Source: Patescibacteria group bacterium
Lineage (GTDB): Bacteria; Patescibacteriota; Patescibacteriia; Magasanikbacterales; GWA2-37-8
Direction: 5' to 3'
Assembly (NCBI GenBank): GCA_041649475.1
Contig: JBAZNA010000001.1
Span: 878,594-942,593 of the forward strand
Length of the DNA stretch: 64,000 bases
Shown: one piece after another, positions 10,473 through 22,928 of the stretch
Layout: each line of letters begins with the position of its first letter
Numbering within the stretch: the stretch's first letter is position 1
Position numbers and translations under genes: made by a program
Notes under the pieces: model-generated
Seen by the model: only the letters and a program-made list of their open reading frames with translations
Databases searched by the model: none
What the model was told of the DNA's origin: nothing

Positions 10473-11171
10473 TTATGATTTCTTTTCTTCCTTACCGGAT
10501 TTGGCTTCTTCTTTACCGGCAAATTTATCCCGTCTGCCAAAGGCCTCACCTTTATAAATCCAAACCTTAATGCCGATTTTTCCATAAAGGGTATGGGCCT
10601 CCGCAAAAGCGTAATCAACATCGCTGCGCAAAGTGATCAGCGACATTTTTCCGGCAGCCAATTTTTCGGTTCTGGCAATTTCCACGCCGTTTAAACGTCC
10701 GCCCATGGCAATTTTTACTCCTTGGGCGCCGGCGCTCATGACTTTTTCAATAATTTGTTTCATTACTCTTCTAAACGGCAAACGTCTGACAATGTCATTG
10801 GCGGCTGTGGTCGCTATAATTTGCGCGGAAAGCGCCGGCTGCCTGACCTCCTGCACGTTTAATTTCACTTTCAGTTTCATCTGTACGATTTTTCTTTCAA
10901 TTTGTTTGCGTAAATCCTCCAAACCCTGGCCGCCGCGGCCGATAATCATACCCGGCTTGGCGGTTAAAATGGTTATGGACATATCCTTTGGCGTTCTTTC
11001 AATACTGATGGCATCCACCAAAGATTCTTTTAATTTTTCTTGTAATAATTTTCTAATGGCAACTTCTTGTTTTAAAAACAAAGGCATCTGGCCGTTTCTG
11101 GCAAACCATTTTGAGTCCCAGGTATAAATGGTTGGGATTCTATAAATTTTCGGATGTACTTTGTGGCCCAT
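10473..11171 (-). CDS. rpsC: 30S ribosomal protein S3
   Basis: MGHKVHP, KH domain [18 protein letters not shown]. Confidence 0.97.
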   Translation of the reverse strand: MGHKVHPKIYRIPTIYTWDSKWFARNGQMPLFLKQEVAIRKLLQEKLKESLVDAISIERTPKDMSITILTAKPGMIIGRGGQGLEDLRKQIERKIVQMKLKVKLNVQEVRQPALSAQIIATTAANDIVRRLPFRRVMKQIIEKVMSAGAQGVKIAMGGRLNGVEIARTEKLAAGKMSLITLRSDVDYAFAEAHTLYGKIGIKVWIYKGEAFGRRDKFAGKEEAKSGKEEKKS

Positions 11172-11172
11172 A

Positions 11173-11535
11173 TTATTTCTTTTCTTCTATGTTAGCTACG
11201 TTAGCGCTTAAAACTAAATTAATATGCGAGGTTCGCTCTCGTACCGGCGTGGCCCGGCCATGCGCTTTCGGCATCCATCTCTTGAGTGAGGCGCCGCCGT
11301 CAACTGTTATCTTTTCAACCTTCAAATTTTCTACTGCCAAGGAATGATTGTGTTTGGCGTTGGCAACCGCTGATTGTAAAAGTTTTAAAACCGGTCTGGC
11401 CGCGCGCTTGGTTGACAATGATAAAATATCCAAAGCCCTGGTCACCTTTTTTCCTCTGATCATATCTACGACTAATCTGACCTTGCGCGGTCCCATTCTC
11501 AAATGATTCAATTTTGCGGTTACCTCTTGTTTCAT
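11173..11535 (-). CDS. rplV: 50S ribosomal protein L22
   Basis: PRKVRLV.D.IRG, SAVANA, A.GRA. Confidence 0.96.
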   Translation of the reverse strand: MKQEVTAKLNHLRMGPRKVRLVVDMIRGKKVTRALDILSLSTKRAARPVLKLLQSAVANAKHNHSLAVENLKVEKITVDGGASLKRWMPKAHGRATPVRERTSHINLVLSANVANIEEKK

Positions 11536-11544
11536 AATAGTAGT

Positions 11545-11892
11545 TTACTTCTTCTCTTCTTTTTTCGGCGCAGCGGCGGCGGCTGGAGCCGGCGCTCCGG
11601 CGGCGGTGGCGGCCGCTTCCTGTTCTTTAGCCATCTTGCCGCCATGGCGGACAAATTTTCTGGTTGGAGAAAACTCACCCAGGCGATGGCCCACCATATT
11701 TTCATCTACAAAAACCGAAATAAAATCTTTGCCGTTGTGCACCAGGAAAGTCACGCCGACCATTTCCGGAGAAATAACACAAGCTCTGGACCAGGTTTTA
11801 ATTGGCTGTTTTTTTCCTGTATTTTTCATCGTCAGTACCTTGCTTAAAACTCTCGGATCTACAAATGGGCCTTTTTTTAAACTTCTAGACAT
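11545..11892 (-). CDS. rpsS: 30S ribosomal protein S19
   Basis: [23 protein letters not shown]; Ala-rich tail. Confidence 0.97.
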   Translation of the reverse strand: MSRSLKKGPFVDPRVLSKVLTMKNTGKKQPIKTWSRACVISPEMVGVTFLVHNGKDFISVFVDENMVGHRLGEFSPTRKFVRHGGKMAKEQEAAATAAGAPAPAAAAAPKKEEKK

Positions 11893-11900
11893 ATATTTAC

Positions 11901-12743
11901 TTAGATTTTATTGCGTCTTGATTTTATGATAAATTTATCACTCCACTTGCCCGGCGTGCGGGTCTTTACGCCTCTGGCCGGTTTGCCATAAACTGTCTGC
12001 GGACCGCGCTTTTGACCAATCGGGCTGTGGCCCTCGCCGCCGCCATGCGGGTGATCAACCGGGTTCATGTTCTTACCGTTTACTCTCGGTCTGATGCCTC
12101 GCATGCGGTTTCTGCCGGCCTTGCCCCAGCGAATTAAGCGGTAATCGGAATTGCCCATAATACCAACGCTGGCCGCGCATTCTTTTAAAACTTTCCTAAC
12201 TTCTCCGGAAGGCAATTTTATCTGCGCATATTTATCTTCCACGCCGATAAACTGGGCCGACATGCCGGCGCCGCGAACCAATTGTCCGCCCTTGCCCGGG
12301 GTTAATTCTATGTTATAGACAAACGTACCAACCGGCATAAATTCTAAAGGCATGCGACAACCGGTTTTCGCTTCAATTGCCTTTTGTGAAAAAACAATCT
12401 TGTCACCAACCTTCAAACCTTCCGGCGCTAAAATGTATGACTTGATATTGTCGGCATATTCCACTAAAGCGATTCTCGGACCGCGGTTCGGATCATATTC
12501 AATAGCCAAAACCGTGGCCGGAGCGTCAAATTTTTCTTGTTTAAAATCAACTATGCGATAAAATTTCTTTACTCCGCCGCCCTGATGCCGAACTGTCAGT
12601 ATTCCCTGATTATTGCGGCCGGATTTTGATTTTAAATATACAACCAAAGATTTCTCCGGTTTGGTTTTGGTGATATCTGAAAAAGCATCCACGCTTGAGT
12701 TGCGGCGGCCATTATTAGTTGGTTTGTATATTTTAATAGGCAT
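11901..12743 (-). CDS. rplB: 50S ribosomal protein L2
   Basis: [24 protein letters not shown]. Confidence 0.97.
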   Translation of the reverse strand: MPIKIYKPTNNGRRNSSVDAFSDITKTKPEKSLVVYLKSKSGRNNQGILTVRHQGGGVKKFYRIVDFKQEKFDAPATVLAIEYDPNRGPRIALVEYADNIKSYILAPEGLKVGDKIVFSQKAIEAKTGCRMPLEFMPVGTFVYNIELTPGKGGQLVRGAGMSAQFIGVEDKYAQIKLPSGEVRKVLKECAASVGIMGNSDYRLIRWGKAGRNRMRGIRPRVNGKNMNPVDHPHGGGEGHSPIGQKRGPQTVYGKPARGVKTRTPGKWSDKFIIKSRRNKI

Positions 12744-12753
12744 ATTCTATATC

Positions 12754-13206
12754 TTAAACTCCCACGTGGATATCAATTGATTTGCCCTTTGGCAAAGTTA
12801 CAATCGCTTTTTTAAAATCACTGCGCCGGCCAAAGGTTCTGCCAAAACGCACCCGGCGGCCTTCTACGTTTATAATATTAACACTGGTCGGTTTCACTCC
12901 GTAAACATCCTCAACCGCTTTCTTGATTTGAAATTTGCTTGCCCCGGCCATGACCACAAAACTGTATTTATTTATGCTTTCGGCCACCGCGCTTTTTTCG
13001 GTCACCAGCGGTTTAACTAAAATTTTGTAGGCAATGCTTTCGGCCGGCAATTTTATTTTTTCTTTTTTTACGTCGGTTTCTTTGGTAATGGTGGTGGCTT
13101 CCTCCTTTGCTTTTTTCGGTTCTTTTTTGGCAACCTTAACCTCGCCGGTTTTTTTCAACTGTTCTTTCTTGTTCTTATTCAGCCAATTGTTTAGTAAGCC
13201 AACCAT
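12754..13206 (-). CDS. rplW: 50S ribosomal protein L23 with Lys/Glu-rich N-terminal extension
   Basis: PLVTEKS, IKKAVE..YGVK, KKAIVTL. Confidence 0.92.
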   Translation of the reverse strand: MVGLLNNWLNKNKKEQLKKTGEVKVAKKEPKKAKEEATTITKETDVKKEKIKLPAESIAYKILVKPLVTEKSAVAESINKYSFVVMAGASKFQIKKAVEDVYGVKPTSVNIINVEGRRVRFGRTFGRRSDFKKAIVTLPKGKSIDIHVGV

Positions 13207-13208
13207 AT

Positions 13209-13838
13209 TTATTTGTTAAAAGTTTTTTCTAACGTTTCTACTCCGGCTTTGCTGATAATCACGCCCGGTCTGGTTAAAAGTTCCATCACATTTACATCTT
13301 CGGCGCGTACGGTCTTAACTGTCGGCAAATTTTTGGTAATGCGGAGCAAATTTTCATTCTTCCCCGGAGCCAGCACCAAAAAATTTTTAATCTTTGTCGG
13401 CAGCGCTTTTATCAAATTTGCAAAAAGCTTGGTTTTCGGTTCGGAAAAATTAAAATCTTCAACAATCATGAAGGCGCCGCTGTTTACTTTATCGCTCAAA
13501 CACATTTTTAAAGCCAACCGGCGCACTTTGTCATTGATCTTTGTTTTATAGTTTCTAATTGAGAGCGGACCAAAAGTCACGCCGCCGCCTTTCCAGATTG
13601 GTGAACGGATTGATCCGTGTCGGGCGCGTCCGGTGCCTTTTTGCGGCCATGGTTTTTTGCCGCCACCGCTAACTTCGCCTCTATTTTTGGTATCAGCCCA
13701 TGGTTCGCGCTGATTATTCATCTGGGTCACAAAAACTTGGTGCACCACTTCCGGTTTTATTTTAACGCCAAAAACCGCGTCGGAAAGATTCATTTCACCC
13801 GTTTCTTTTCCTTCTAAATTGTAAACTTTTACCTTCAT
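13209..13838 (-). CDS. rplD: 50S ribosomal protein L4
   Basis: GGGKKPW.QKGTGRARHGSIRSP.WKGGG. Confidence 0.97.
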   Translation of the reverse strand: MKVKVYNLEGKETGEMNLSDAVFGVKIKPEVVHQVFVTQMNNQREPWADTKNRGEVSGGGKKPWPQKGTGRARHGSIRSPIWKGGGVTFGPLSIRNYKTKINDKVRRLALKMCLSDKVNSGAFMIVEDFNFSEPKTKLFANLIKALPTKIKNFLVLAPGKNENLLRITKNLPTVKTVRAEDVNVMELLTRPGVIISKAGVETLEKTFNK

Positions 13839-13842
13839 AAAA

Positions 13843-14532
13843 TTATTCAGCTTTTACTTCTGATTGCGGTTCTGCGGCTGTTTGTTCGGCCACAGCCGAC
13901 TGTTCAATTTTTTTAATTTTTAACTCGCCTTCGCCGCTGATTGCCAAAAATCCGTTTCTGCCTCCCGGTACCGCGCCTTTTATGTAAAGTTCATTAACTT
14001 CCGGATGCACTTCAATTATTTCTAAATTTTTTACCGTGATTCTTTCGCCGCCCATCCGTCCGGCCATACGCAAACCTTTAAAGACCCTCTGGATGCCGCC
14101 GGAACCGATAGCTCCGGGCATGCGCAAATTGTCTTTGTGACCGTGGGATGCCGGGCCGCCGCGGAAATGATGGCGTCTGACAACACCCTCAAAACCCTTA
14201 CCTTTTGACTGGCCGACAACCGTCACTTTATCTCCGGCAGAAAAGGTTTCAACCGTAATGGTGTCGCCTCTATTTATTTCAGCGCTGTCTGTTTTAAAAT
14301 CTTTCAGATGTTTCACTAAATTCAAATCATGAAGATGGCCGCGCTCCGGTTTGCTCAAACTCTTTTCTTTGGCTTCATCAAAACCAATTTGCACGGCTTT
14401 TAGCCCGCCTTTTTCATTCTTAACTTGGACAATCTGACAGGGGCCGGCCTGCACTTTGGTAACAGGAACAACCAGGCCGTTTTCCAGAAAGACCTGTGTC
14501 ATGCCGATTTTTTTGCCCAAAATGAATTTCAT
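13843..14532 (-). CDS. rplC: 50S ribosomal protein L3
   Basis: GKKIGMTQ, SKGKGF.G, KGAVPG; start moved to ATG at 14532. Confidence 0.97.
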   Translation of the reverse strand: MKFILGKKIGMTQVFLENGLVVPVTKVQAGPCQIVQVKNEKGGLKAVQIGFDEAKEKSLSKPERGHLHDLNLVKHLKDFKTDSAEINRGDTITVETFSAGDKVTVVGQSKGKGFEGVVRRHHFRGGPASHGHKDNLRMPGAIGSGGIQRVFKGLRMAGRMGGERITVKNLEIIEVHPEVNELYIKGAVPGGRNGFLAISGEGELKIKKIEQSAVAEQTAAEPQSEVKAE

Positions 14533-14757
14533 ACTAGAATTAAAGCGTTCTTGTAAACAAAAACTAGAAACAACAGCATTGCCCAAAAAAACCGTAATCT
14601 TCGCAACACTCTTGTTTCTAGCCTTTCAAAACTTGAATGGCTATTTTAATGTTATTTTCAATATTTATTCCTCTTGTTTTTCGCGGCCCGATAAATGTTT
14701 TCTCTATGGATCTTATTTACTAGGCCGTAATAAACTTGTGTATTTGAACTAATCCTA

Positions 14758-15108
14758 CTACATTTTTATTTCAATGTCAACACCGGCCGGAACCTGTAAA
14801 CTCATCAGGGCATCTACGGCTTTTGCCGACGGATTAATGATATCAATCAAACGCTTGTGAACGCGCATTTCAAATTGTTCGCGCGCATCTTTGTGCACAA
14901 AAGTAGAACGGTTAACCGTAAACTTTGTCTTCTCGGTTGGCAGAGGTATCGGGCCGACGACTTGAGCGCCGTTTCTTAAGGCGGTGTCTATGATATTTTT
15001 CGTGGCCTGATCAATAATCTTATTATCATAAGCGCGGATTTTAATTCTAATCCTGCTTATTACCTCTTCGGTTTTCTTTTGTGCGGTTGGATTGGTGGCA
15101 GTTGCCAT
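14758..15108 (-). CDS. rpsJ: 30S ribosomal protein S10
   Basis: GPIPLPT, REQFEMR.HKRLID. Confidence 0.97.
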   Translation of the reverse strand: MATATNPTAQKKTEEVISRIRIKIRAYDNKIIDQATKNIIDTALRNGAQVVGPIPLPTEKTKFTVNRSTFVHKDAREQFEMRVHKRLIDIINPSAKAVDALMSLQVPAGVDIEIKM

Positions 15109-15132
15109 AAATGTACATTAAAGAGCAAAACA

Positions 15133-15158
15133 GCCCCTCCGACGTATGTCGGAGGGGC
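15133..15158 (-). terminator. GC-rich hairpin between tuf and rpsJ (terminator or processing site)
   Basis: GCCCCTCCGAC/GTCGGAGGGGC perfect stem with a weak T tail on the minus strand. Confidence 0.55.
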
Positions 15159-15166
15159 ATGTTTAT

Positions 15167-16354
<1,188 letters not shown>

Positions 16355-16452
16355 AATAATTAAACTCTTACGCGGCACTATACCGAGTGGTCGGTACAGA
16401 TTTGTATCCAGCCGACGAAATTTATACTAATTTTAAACAAATTGTAAACTAC

Positions 16453-16480
16453 ATTATAACAGAAATAAAAAATTTGGCAA
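16453..16480 (-). promoter_or_regulatory. Promoter of tuf and S10 cluster
   Basis: TTGCCA then TATAAT at sigma70 spacing, extended -10 TG. Confidence 0.65.
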
Positions 16481-16540
16481 GAGCCAGCTTGTGGATACTA
16501 TATTTTTGCCTAATTTTAGCTATTATTTAGCTACTTTTAG

Positions 16541-16948
16541 CTATTCTATGGGCTCTAAATAAAATTTCTCCTCTTCTTCATCTTCTGAAATATTTTTTAA
16601 ATCTTCTTCCTCAATTTTGGGTATTGCCTGGACTTCTGTTGACGCGGACGGTTCTTCCGCGTCTTTTTCCGCTAATTTTATGAACTTCGCATCATCAGAT
16701 TCAGACGCTGATAAGGCCTCATTTTCTTTTTCATTGTATGATCTCCAGATGGATATGTCTCTATTGATTCGTTCCAACAATTGTTCTTCATTCAGGTCTT
16801 CCAGCGAACTTTGATTGCTTAAAATTTTCTCATAGGCCTCAATATCCATCATTACCATTGCATTGTCCGTTTCATTGTCCAAAATAATCATTTTATCACC
16901 GGTGCGTTTTACCAAATTTAAGACCTTGTTCAGTTGGCTATTTTTCAT
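16541..16948 (-). CDS. Hypothetical protein with acidic C-terminus
   Basis: Clean ORF, genome-typical codon usage, ends EEEEKFYLEPIE; start moved to 16948. Confidence 0.7.
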   Translation of the reverse strand: MKNSQLNKVLNLVKRTGDKMIILDNETDNAMVMMDIEAYEKILSNQSSLEDLNEEQLLERINRDISIWRSYNEKENEALSASESDDAKFIKLAEKDAEEPSASTEVQAIPKIEEEDLKNISEDEEEEKFYLEPIE

Positions 16949-17018
16949 AGGTTTTGTTAAGATTAACATTAGCCCTTCTTGAAGCTGATTGTATTTCATT
17001 TATTTAAAGAAGTCAAAT

Positions 17019-18806
17019 ATGACCAAATTTTATCTAAAGACATTTTTGGCGGCCATCTTTGCTGCTATCACGCTATTTTCGGTACAAATACCGGCGTACG
17101 CTGCTCTCGGCAGTTCTTGCCCAACAAACCTAAAACCGGGCGATATGGTCAAAGTCGCCGGAAAACCGGCAATATATCTCATTAACAAAGATTCAAAACT
17201 TTTATATTTCCCCGATGGCGATGTTTTTAAAAGCTGGCATGCCAAATATGGCGGCTATATCTCCATAGACCAGACCTGCCTTGATTCAATTCCCGTGCCA
17301 AACACATACCCAGCCGGTGTTAATTTTAAACCCGGTTCATATATTGTCAGGCAGGAATCTTCCAGCCAATTATATACCATCCCCACCGAAGACACCTTGG
17401 CAAAAATTTCACCGGCGACCGCAGCCGCTTTGTACGGAAGCGGCTACAAGGTCATGGTTATAAAAAACATCTTCTGGCCCAACTATGTCTACAGGGCTCC
17501 GGATATCGCCGAGGTTTCACCGCCTCCGGCGCCATCGCCGGTACCCGCAACCGGCAATATCTATTATGTTTCAACCTCGGGCAAAAATTCTAACTCCGGT
17601 TCGGCAACCAGTCCCTGGGCCAGCCCGGCCTATGGAGCCGATAAACTCAAACCCGGCGATACGCTGATTATAAAATCCGGTACCTATTATTTGAATGACT
17701 ATGGCAATGATATGCTTGTCCCGCCATCCGGAGCTGCTAATAACTACGTAACCATCAAAGGAGAAAGTGCGGCCAACCGACCAATTCTCAAAGCCGGCAA
17801 CAATATGTTTGCGGCCATCAGTATCTCAAACAAAAGCTATGTAAAAATTGCGGACTTGGAAATTACCAGCAATAACGGGCAGGATTTCCGGGACGGGATA
17901 AACGGCGCTGAAGGACCGGCCAATCATATTATTCTGGAAAATTTATACATCCACCACCTTGATGAATATGGTATAAATATTGGCGACACCAATGATCTTA
18001 AAATTACTAACTGCGTAATTTCCTACACCGGTTATGGCGCTATCGGCGGGCCGGCCGGCACAAATGGCGGCTGGAAAAATGTTGTGATATCCGGAACAAC
18101 CATGTCTTATAGCGGCCACTATTATCAGGGCGGACCCGGGCCAAGCCCATATGACAGACCCGATGGATTTGGAATAGAAACATCGGCCGGTCCGATTGAA
18201 ATCGCTAATTCAATATCCGAACACAACAAAGGCGACGGCATTGACTCAAAAGCAGAAAATACCAATGTGCATGACACCGTAATCAGAAACAATTCTTCTG
18301 ATGGCTTGAAGTTGTGGGGCACAGGTAGTAAAGCGACTAATGTCTTAATTTACGGCCGCGGCGACGGTAATTCCAACATCACGCCCTGGGCGTCAATTGT
18401 CCTGCAATCTGATAAAGCGAATGCGGTGTTCACTCTTGACCATGTCACAGTTGATGATTATCTGGGTGGTAATTATCTGATGCACGTGCAATATGACAAT
18501 CAGAACACCCCGACCACTCTTACCATAAAAAATTCTATCTTTTCTTCACGCGGGCCAAACGCCTCGCCGATATTTATAGCTCCGGGCACCAACTTCACCG
18601 TCTCAAACAGCGACTTTTATTTCCCTGGCAGTGACAACGTGCTGGAGCATGGCGATACTGCTTATACTTCTTCGCAAATTAACACCTTCGGATCCGGTAA
18701 TATTTATGGAGATCCAAAATTCGTTTCACCGGCTTGGGGCTCTAATGGAAATTACCGTCTGCAAAGCGGCAGTCCGGCAACCGGAATGGGCACAAATACT
18801 TTTTAA
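17019..18806 (+). CDS. Secreted/surface protein: signal peptide, CPR-type N-terminal domain, Pro linker, right-handed beta-helix (pectin lyase-like) domain
   Basis: Signal peptide ending AYA; YYVSTSG.N.NSG.A.SPW and PGDTL..K.GTY; repeated DG.D/N strands; DPKFV...YRLQSGSPA end. Confidence 0.8.
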   Translation: MTKFYLKTFLAAIFAAITLFSVQIPAYAALGSSCPTNLKPGDMVKVAGKPAIYLINKDSKLLYFPDGDVFKSWHAKYGGYISIDQTCLDSIPVPNTYPAGVNFKPGSYIVRQESSSQLYTIPTEDTLAKISPATAAALYGSGYKVMVIKNIFWPNYVYRAPDIAEVSPPPAPSPVPATGNIYYVSTSGKNSNSGSATSPWASPAYGADKLKPGDTLIIKSGTYYLNDYGNDMLVPPSGAANNYVTIKGESAANRPILKAGNNMFAAISISNKSYVKIADLEITSNNGQDFRDGINGAEGPANHIILENLYIHHLDEYGINIGDTNDLKITNCVISYTGYGAIGGPAGTNGGWKNVVISGTTMSYSGHYYQGGPGPSPYDRPDGFGIETSAGPIEIANSISEHNKGDGIDSKAENTNVHDTVIRNNSSDGLKLWGTGSKATNVLIYGRGDGNSNITPWASIVLQSDKANAVFTLDHVTVDDYLGGNYLMHVQYDNQNTPTTLTIKNSIFSSRGPNASPIFIAPGTNFTVSNSDFYFPGSDNVLEHGDTAYTSSQINTFGSGNIYGDPKFVSPAWGSNGNYRLQSGSPATGMGTNTF

Positions 18807-19131
18807 ATAAAAAAAGCCCGGGAGAGAAGAGAGTCGAGGCGAGGAGGCAAATCCATAGTCCGCAAGCGAGGCAGGGGGCCACCTCACATCACAGACGTTT
18901 GCACCTCTTCACTCTTCTTCCCGGGCCGAAGACAGGACAGCCTAGCCGGTAAATTCGCTCTTGGCTCAAGTTACGAACCACGCAAATCCGCACAATAGTG
19001 CACACCCGGTTCCAGCTGAAACCTCCCGCGACTTCAAATCCTACAGGAGTTTCTGCCCGCGAACGGAACAGATCAGGGAACCTTGGGTGAACCGACAAGG
19101 GCATCACGGAGGCTGAATCCACCTTACTACT

Positions 19132-19164
19132 AAAAACAACCCCTGTCTAGGGGGTTGTTTTTTT
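19132..19164. terminator. Bidirectional terminator after fusA
   Basis: AAAAACAACCCC..GGGGTTGTTTTT. Confidence 0.75.
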
Positions 19165-19197
19165 GAGTTTAAAACGCCTATGAGCGCACAACAAGAA

Positions 19198-21273
19198 CTA
19201 TTTCTGTCTGCCGGCAATAATTTCGGCAGCCACATTGGTCGGCACCTCGGCATAGTGGCCAAATTCCATGGTGGAACTGGCACGGCCCTGTGAAATACTG
19301 CGCAAGGTGGTAGCATAACCAAACATACTCGCAAGCGGTACTATTGCTTTTACGACTTTCATCTGGCCTCTATCAAACATTTCCTGAATCTGTCCGCGTT
19401 TGGAATTCAAATCGCCGATCACATCGCCCATATATTGTTCCGGAGTAACGGCCTCCACTTTCATTATCGGTTCCAAAATCACCGGATGAGCTCTTTTGCA
19501 AGCGGCTTGAAAAGCCATTGAGCCGGCCATCTTGAAAGCCGCTTCAGATGAGTCAACCTCATGGTATGAACCATCATAACAAATAACTTTCACATCAACC
19601 ACCGGGTAACCGGCCTGTATGCCGCGAGTAACCGCATCTTCAACACCTTTTCTGATAGCAGGGATAAATTCTTTAGGAATCACGCCGCCTTTTACCTCAT
19701 CAACAAACTCAACGCCCTTGCCTTGCTCCTGGGGCTCAACCCGAAGCCAGCAATGGCCATACTGACCGCGGCCGCCTGATTGTTTAATGTATTTGCCTTC
19801 GGCCTCGGCAGTCGCTTTAACGGTCTCTTTATAGGCAACCTGCGGCTTGCCGACATTGGCCTCAACCTTAAACTCCCGGCGCATGCGATCAACAATAATA
19901 TCCAAATGCAATTCACCCATGCCTTCAATAATGGTTTGCAAGGTCTCTTCATCGGTATGAACCCTAAAGGTCGGGTCTTCTTCGGTAAGCTTTTGCAGGG
20001 CCATGCCGATTTTTTCCTGATCAGCTTTAGTTTTGGGTTCAATAGCCACCGAGATAACCGGTTCCGGGAAGATAATTTTTTCAAGAACAATCTGATGATT
20101 TTCATCACACAAGGTATCTCCGGTGAACGTGCTCTTTAAACCAATGGCCGCCGCAATTTCTCCGGCATAAACATCAGTCACATCTTCGCGGTGATTGGCG
20201 TGCATACGCACAATTCTGCCCAATCTTTCTTTGGTACCGTTTGAAGAATTATACAAATAACTGCCGGCGCTGACATGTCCGGAATAAACACGGAAAAAGA
20301 TTAATTTTCCCACAAACGGATCAGTGGCAATCTTAAACGCCAAGGCGGAAAACGGTTCGCTGTCATCCGCTTTTCTTAACTCTTCCGCTTCAGTATCCGG
20401 ATTGATACCTTTTACCGGAGGCAAATCGGTCGGCGCCGGTAAATACCAAACTACCGCATCCAACATTTGCTGGACGCCAATATTTCCCAAAGCCGAACCG
20501 CACAGAACAACATAAATCTGGCCTTTAAGAGTCAACGTGCGCAAAGCGCTTCGTATTTCTTCGTTGGTCAAAGCATTACCGTTTAAATATTTACTCATGT
20601 ATTCATCGTTGGCTTCAGCGGCTTTTTCAACCAATTCGGCGCGGTATTTTTTTACCGATTCAACCATATCTTCCGGAATGGGAATTTCAATAACATTTTC
20701 TCCATGTTGACCTTCAAATTTGTATGCTTTTTCCTCTATCAAATCAACTATGCCGGAAAAGGTGCTATCAGCGCCGATTGGCAGTTGAGCCGGATAAGCA
20801 TTTTTGGATAATCTTTCCCGAATTGAAGATAAGCTCATGTAAAAATCGGCGCCAAGCTTATCCATTTTATTTACAAAAGCAACGCGCGCCACATTATATT
20901 TATCGGCCTGATGCCAGACCGTTTCTGATTGAGGTTCAACACCCTGTGAACCGTCAAACACGGCCACAGCTCCGTCAAGCACGCGCAAAGATCGCTCTAC
21001 TTCCACGGTAAAGTCCACATGGCCCGGAGTATCAATTATGTTGATGCGCTTTCCTTTCCAAAAACAAGTGGTGGCGGCTGAAGTGATGGTGATACCACGC
21101 TCTTTTTCCTGTTCCATCCAGTCCATTTCGGCGGCGCCTTCATGCACCTCGCCGATTTTATGTTTCTTACCGGTGTAAAACAAAACACGTTCAGTGGTTG
21201 TGGTTTTACCGGCATCAATATGGGCCATGATACCTATATTTCTGGTATTTTCTAATGTGTATTCACGAGGCAT
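19198..21273 (-). CDS. fusA: Elongation factor G
   Basis: [39 protein letters not shown]. Confidence 0.98.
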   Translation of the reverse strand: MPREYTLENTRNIGIMAHIDAGKTTTTERVLFYTGKKHKIGEVHEGAAEMDWMEQEKERGITITSAATTCFWKGKRINIIDTPGHVDFTVEVERSLRVLDGAVAVFDGSQGVEPQSETVWHQADKYNVARVAFVNKMDKLGADFYMSLSSIRERLSKNAYPAQLPIGADSTFSGIVDLIEEKAYKFEGQHGENVIEIPIPEDMVESVKKYRAELVEKAAEANDEYMSKYLNGNALTNEEIRSALRTLTLKGQIYVVLCGSALGNIGVQQMLDAVVWYLPAPTDLPPVKGINPDTEAEELRKADDSEPFSALAFKIATDPFVGKLIFFRVYSGHVSAGSYLYNSSNGTKERLGRIVRMHANHREDVTDVYAGEIAAAIGLKSTFTGDTLCDENHQIVLEKIIFPEPVISVAIEPKTKADQEKIGMALQKLTEEDPTFRVHTDEETLQTIIEGMGELHLDIIVDRMRREFKVEANVGKPQVAYKETVKATAEAEGKYIKQSGGRGQYGHCWLRVEPQEQGKGVEFVDEVKGGVIPKEFIPAIRKGVEDAVTRGIQAGYPVVDVKVICYDGSYHEVDSSEAAFKMAGSMAFQAACKRAHPVILEPIMKVEAVTPEQYMGDVIGDLNSKRGQIQEMFDRGQMKVVKAIVPLASMFGYATTLRSISQGRASSTMEFGHYAEVPTNVAAEIIAGRQK

Positions 21274-21284
21274 ATAAATATAAA

Positions 21285-21761
21285 TTACTTGGCGAAACGG
21301 GCAAAGTGAGCAAAGGCCTTGTTGGCTTCAGCCATTCGGTGCACTTCATCTCTCTTCTTCATGGCATCGCCAACGCCTTGGGCGCTGTCAAGCAACACGG
21401 TTGCCAATTTATCAGCCATTGGCTGGCCTTTTTTGGCCCGGGCCGCGCCGATTATCCATCTAAATGACAAGGCATTTTGTCGGCTGACCGATACCGGCAT
21501 CGGCACCTGGTAGTTGGCGCCGCCCACTCGGCGTGAGCGCACCTCAACCTGGGGCTGAACATTTTTTATGGCCTCTTCAAAAGTTTTCATCGGATCTTTT
21601 TCGGCCGCGGCAATTTTATCAAACGCGGAATAAACAATATCTTGAGCGGTTGATTTTTTGCCCCTCTCCATAATGTGATTTATGAATTTGGCCAAAACAA
21701 CACTGCCGTATTTTGGATCCGGATTGATTATTCTTTTAATTTTTAGTCGTCCACCGCGCAT
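21285..21761 (-). CDS. rpsG: 30S ribosomal protein S7
   Basis: [24 protein letters not shown]. Confidence 0.97.
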   Translation of the reverse strand: MRGGRLKIKRIINPDPKYGSVVLAKFINHIMERGKKSTAQDIVYSAFDKIAAAEKDPMKTFEEAIKNVQPQVEVRSRRVGGANYQVPMPVSVSRQNALSFRWIIGAARAKKGQPMADKLATVLLDSAQGVGDAMKKRDEVHRMAEANKAFAHFARFAK

Positions 21762-21795
21762 ATTATTTCAATTTAAATTATTTCAGTTTAAATAA

Positions 21796-22224
21796 TTATT
21801 TCTTGGCCGCTTTCGGTTTCTTGGCTCCATATAAACTTCTGCCGCGTCTCCTGGCTTCAACTCCTTGGGTATCATAAACACCGCGCACAATGTGGTAGCG
21901 CACGCCCGGCAAATCTTTCACGCGGCCGCCGCGAAGCAAAACGATTGAGTGTTCCTGCAAATTGTGGCCCTCGCCCGGAATATAGGCAATGACTTCCATA
22001 CCGTTTGACAGGCGGACTTTAGCGACCTTGCGCAAAGCCGAGTTTGGTTTCTTTGGTGTGGTTGTATAAACTTTTGTGCAAACACCTCTTTTAAAAGAAG
22101 TGCCTTTGGCAAAAACAGTTTTCTTGCGATGAAGAGTATCTAAGGTAAACTGCAAAGCCGGAACTTTGCTCTTTTTTACCTTGCTGTGTCTGCCTTTTCT
22201 AATTAACTGGTTGATTGTAGGCAT
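21796..22224 (-). CDS. rpsL: 30S ribosomal protein S12
   Basis: [29 protein letters not shown]. Confidence 0.98.
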   Translation of the reverse strand: MPTINQLIRKGRHSKVKKSKVPALQFTLDTLHRKKTVFAKGTSFKRGVCTKVYTTTPKKPNSALRKVAKVRLSNGMEVIAYIPGEGHNLQEHSIVLLRGGRVKDLPGVRYHIVRGVYDTQGVEARRRGRSLYGAKKPKAAKK

Positions 22225-22420
22225 AGCCCGATATTAATAAATAATTTTAAAATTTTCTAACAAAAAAGCTGAACGAATTTGCCCAGCCACGAGTTTTACG
22301 ACGTTCTGGCAATATAATATATGACAACTCAATTAATGTCAAGGGCTGGGCTGTGTAAAAAAACAGCCCGCACCGAATGGTCGATGCGAGCGAAACAAAG
22401 AGCACTTGTGGGCATGCATG

Positions 22421-22870
22421 CTACTTGCCCTCCCCGAACCGACGCTGGGGCTCGGTCATCTTCCTGGCCTTGCGCCTGGCACATTTGCGGATGCCCGACA
22501 TCAAGTCGCCATAGGCGGCGGCGAACCTCTTGCTGCTGCGCAGGCCGTCTATGATCTTGGCCAGGATCTCGGTTTCCAGTGAGTACTCCTCCCGGTCTAG
22601 GAAAGCGGCCGAATAGGTCTCCACCAACACATCGTGAAAGTCGTCACTGGCATCAGAACCGACCAAGAAGGAACGCAATAGGCTGGTGAACCAGTTGTCG
22701 TAGAACTTCACGAGCAGGATCGGATTACCGCCCAGCCGGTTGTCCACCAGATACTGCCTGGTCTGCCGGAGGGTCATAATCCCCTCCAGGTACATCAGAT
22801 TGATCTCTGACCCTTCCTTGGTGAAAAGGAGGTTGAGAGGTTGGACTCCTTCTCCTGTCTCCTTGGCCAT
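22421..22870 (-). CDS. Hypothetical protein (GC-rich, SD-led)
   Basis: AGGAGG before ATG, upstream TTGACA, G/C-ending codons. Confidence 0.7.
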   Translation of the reverse strand: MAKETGEGVQPLNLLFTKEGSEINLMYLEGIMTLRQTRQYLVDNRLGGNPILLVKFYDNWFTSLLRSFLVGSDASDDFHDVLVETYSAAFLDREEYSLETEILAKIIDGLRSSKRFAAAYGDLMSGIRKCARRKARKMTEPQRRFGEGK

Positions 22871-22928
22871 GACAACCCTCCTAAATTGCCAACATGATTA
22901 TTTACCATTATTTTGGGTATTTGTCAAT

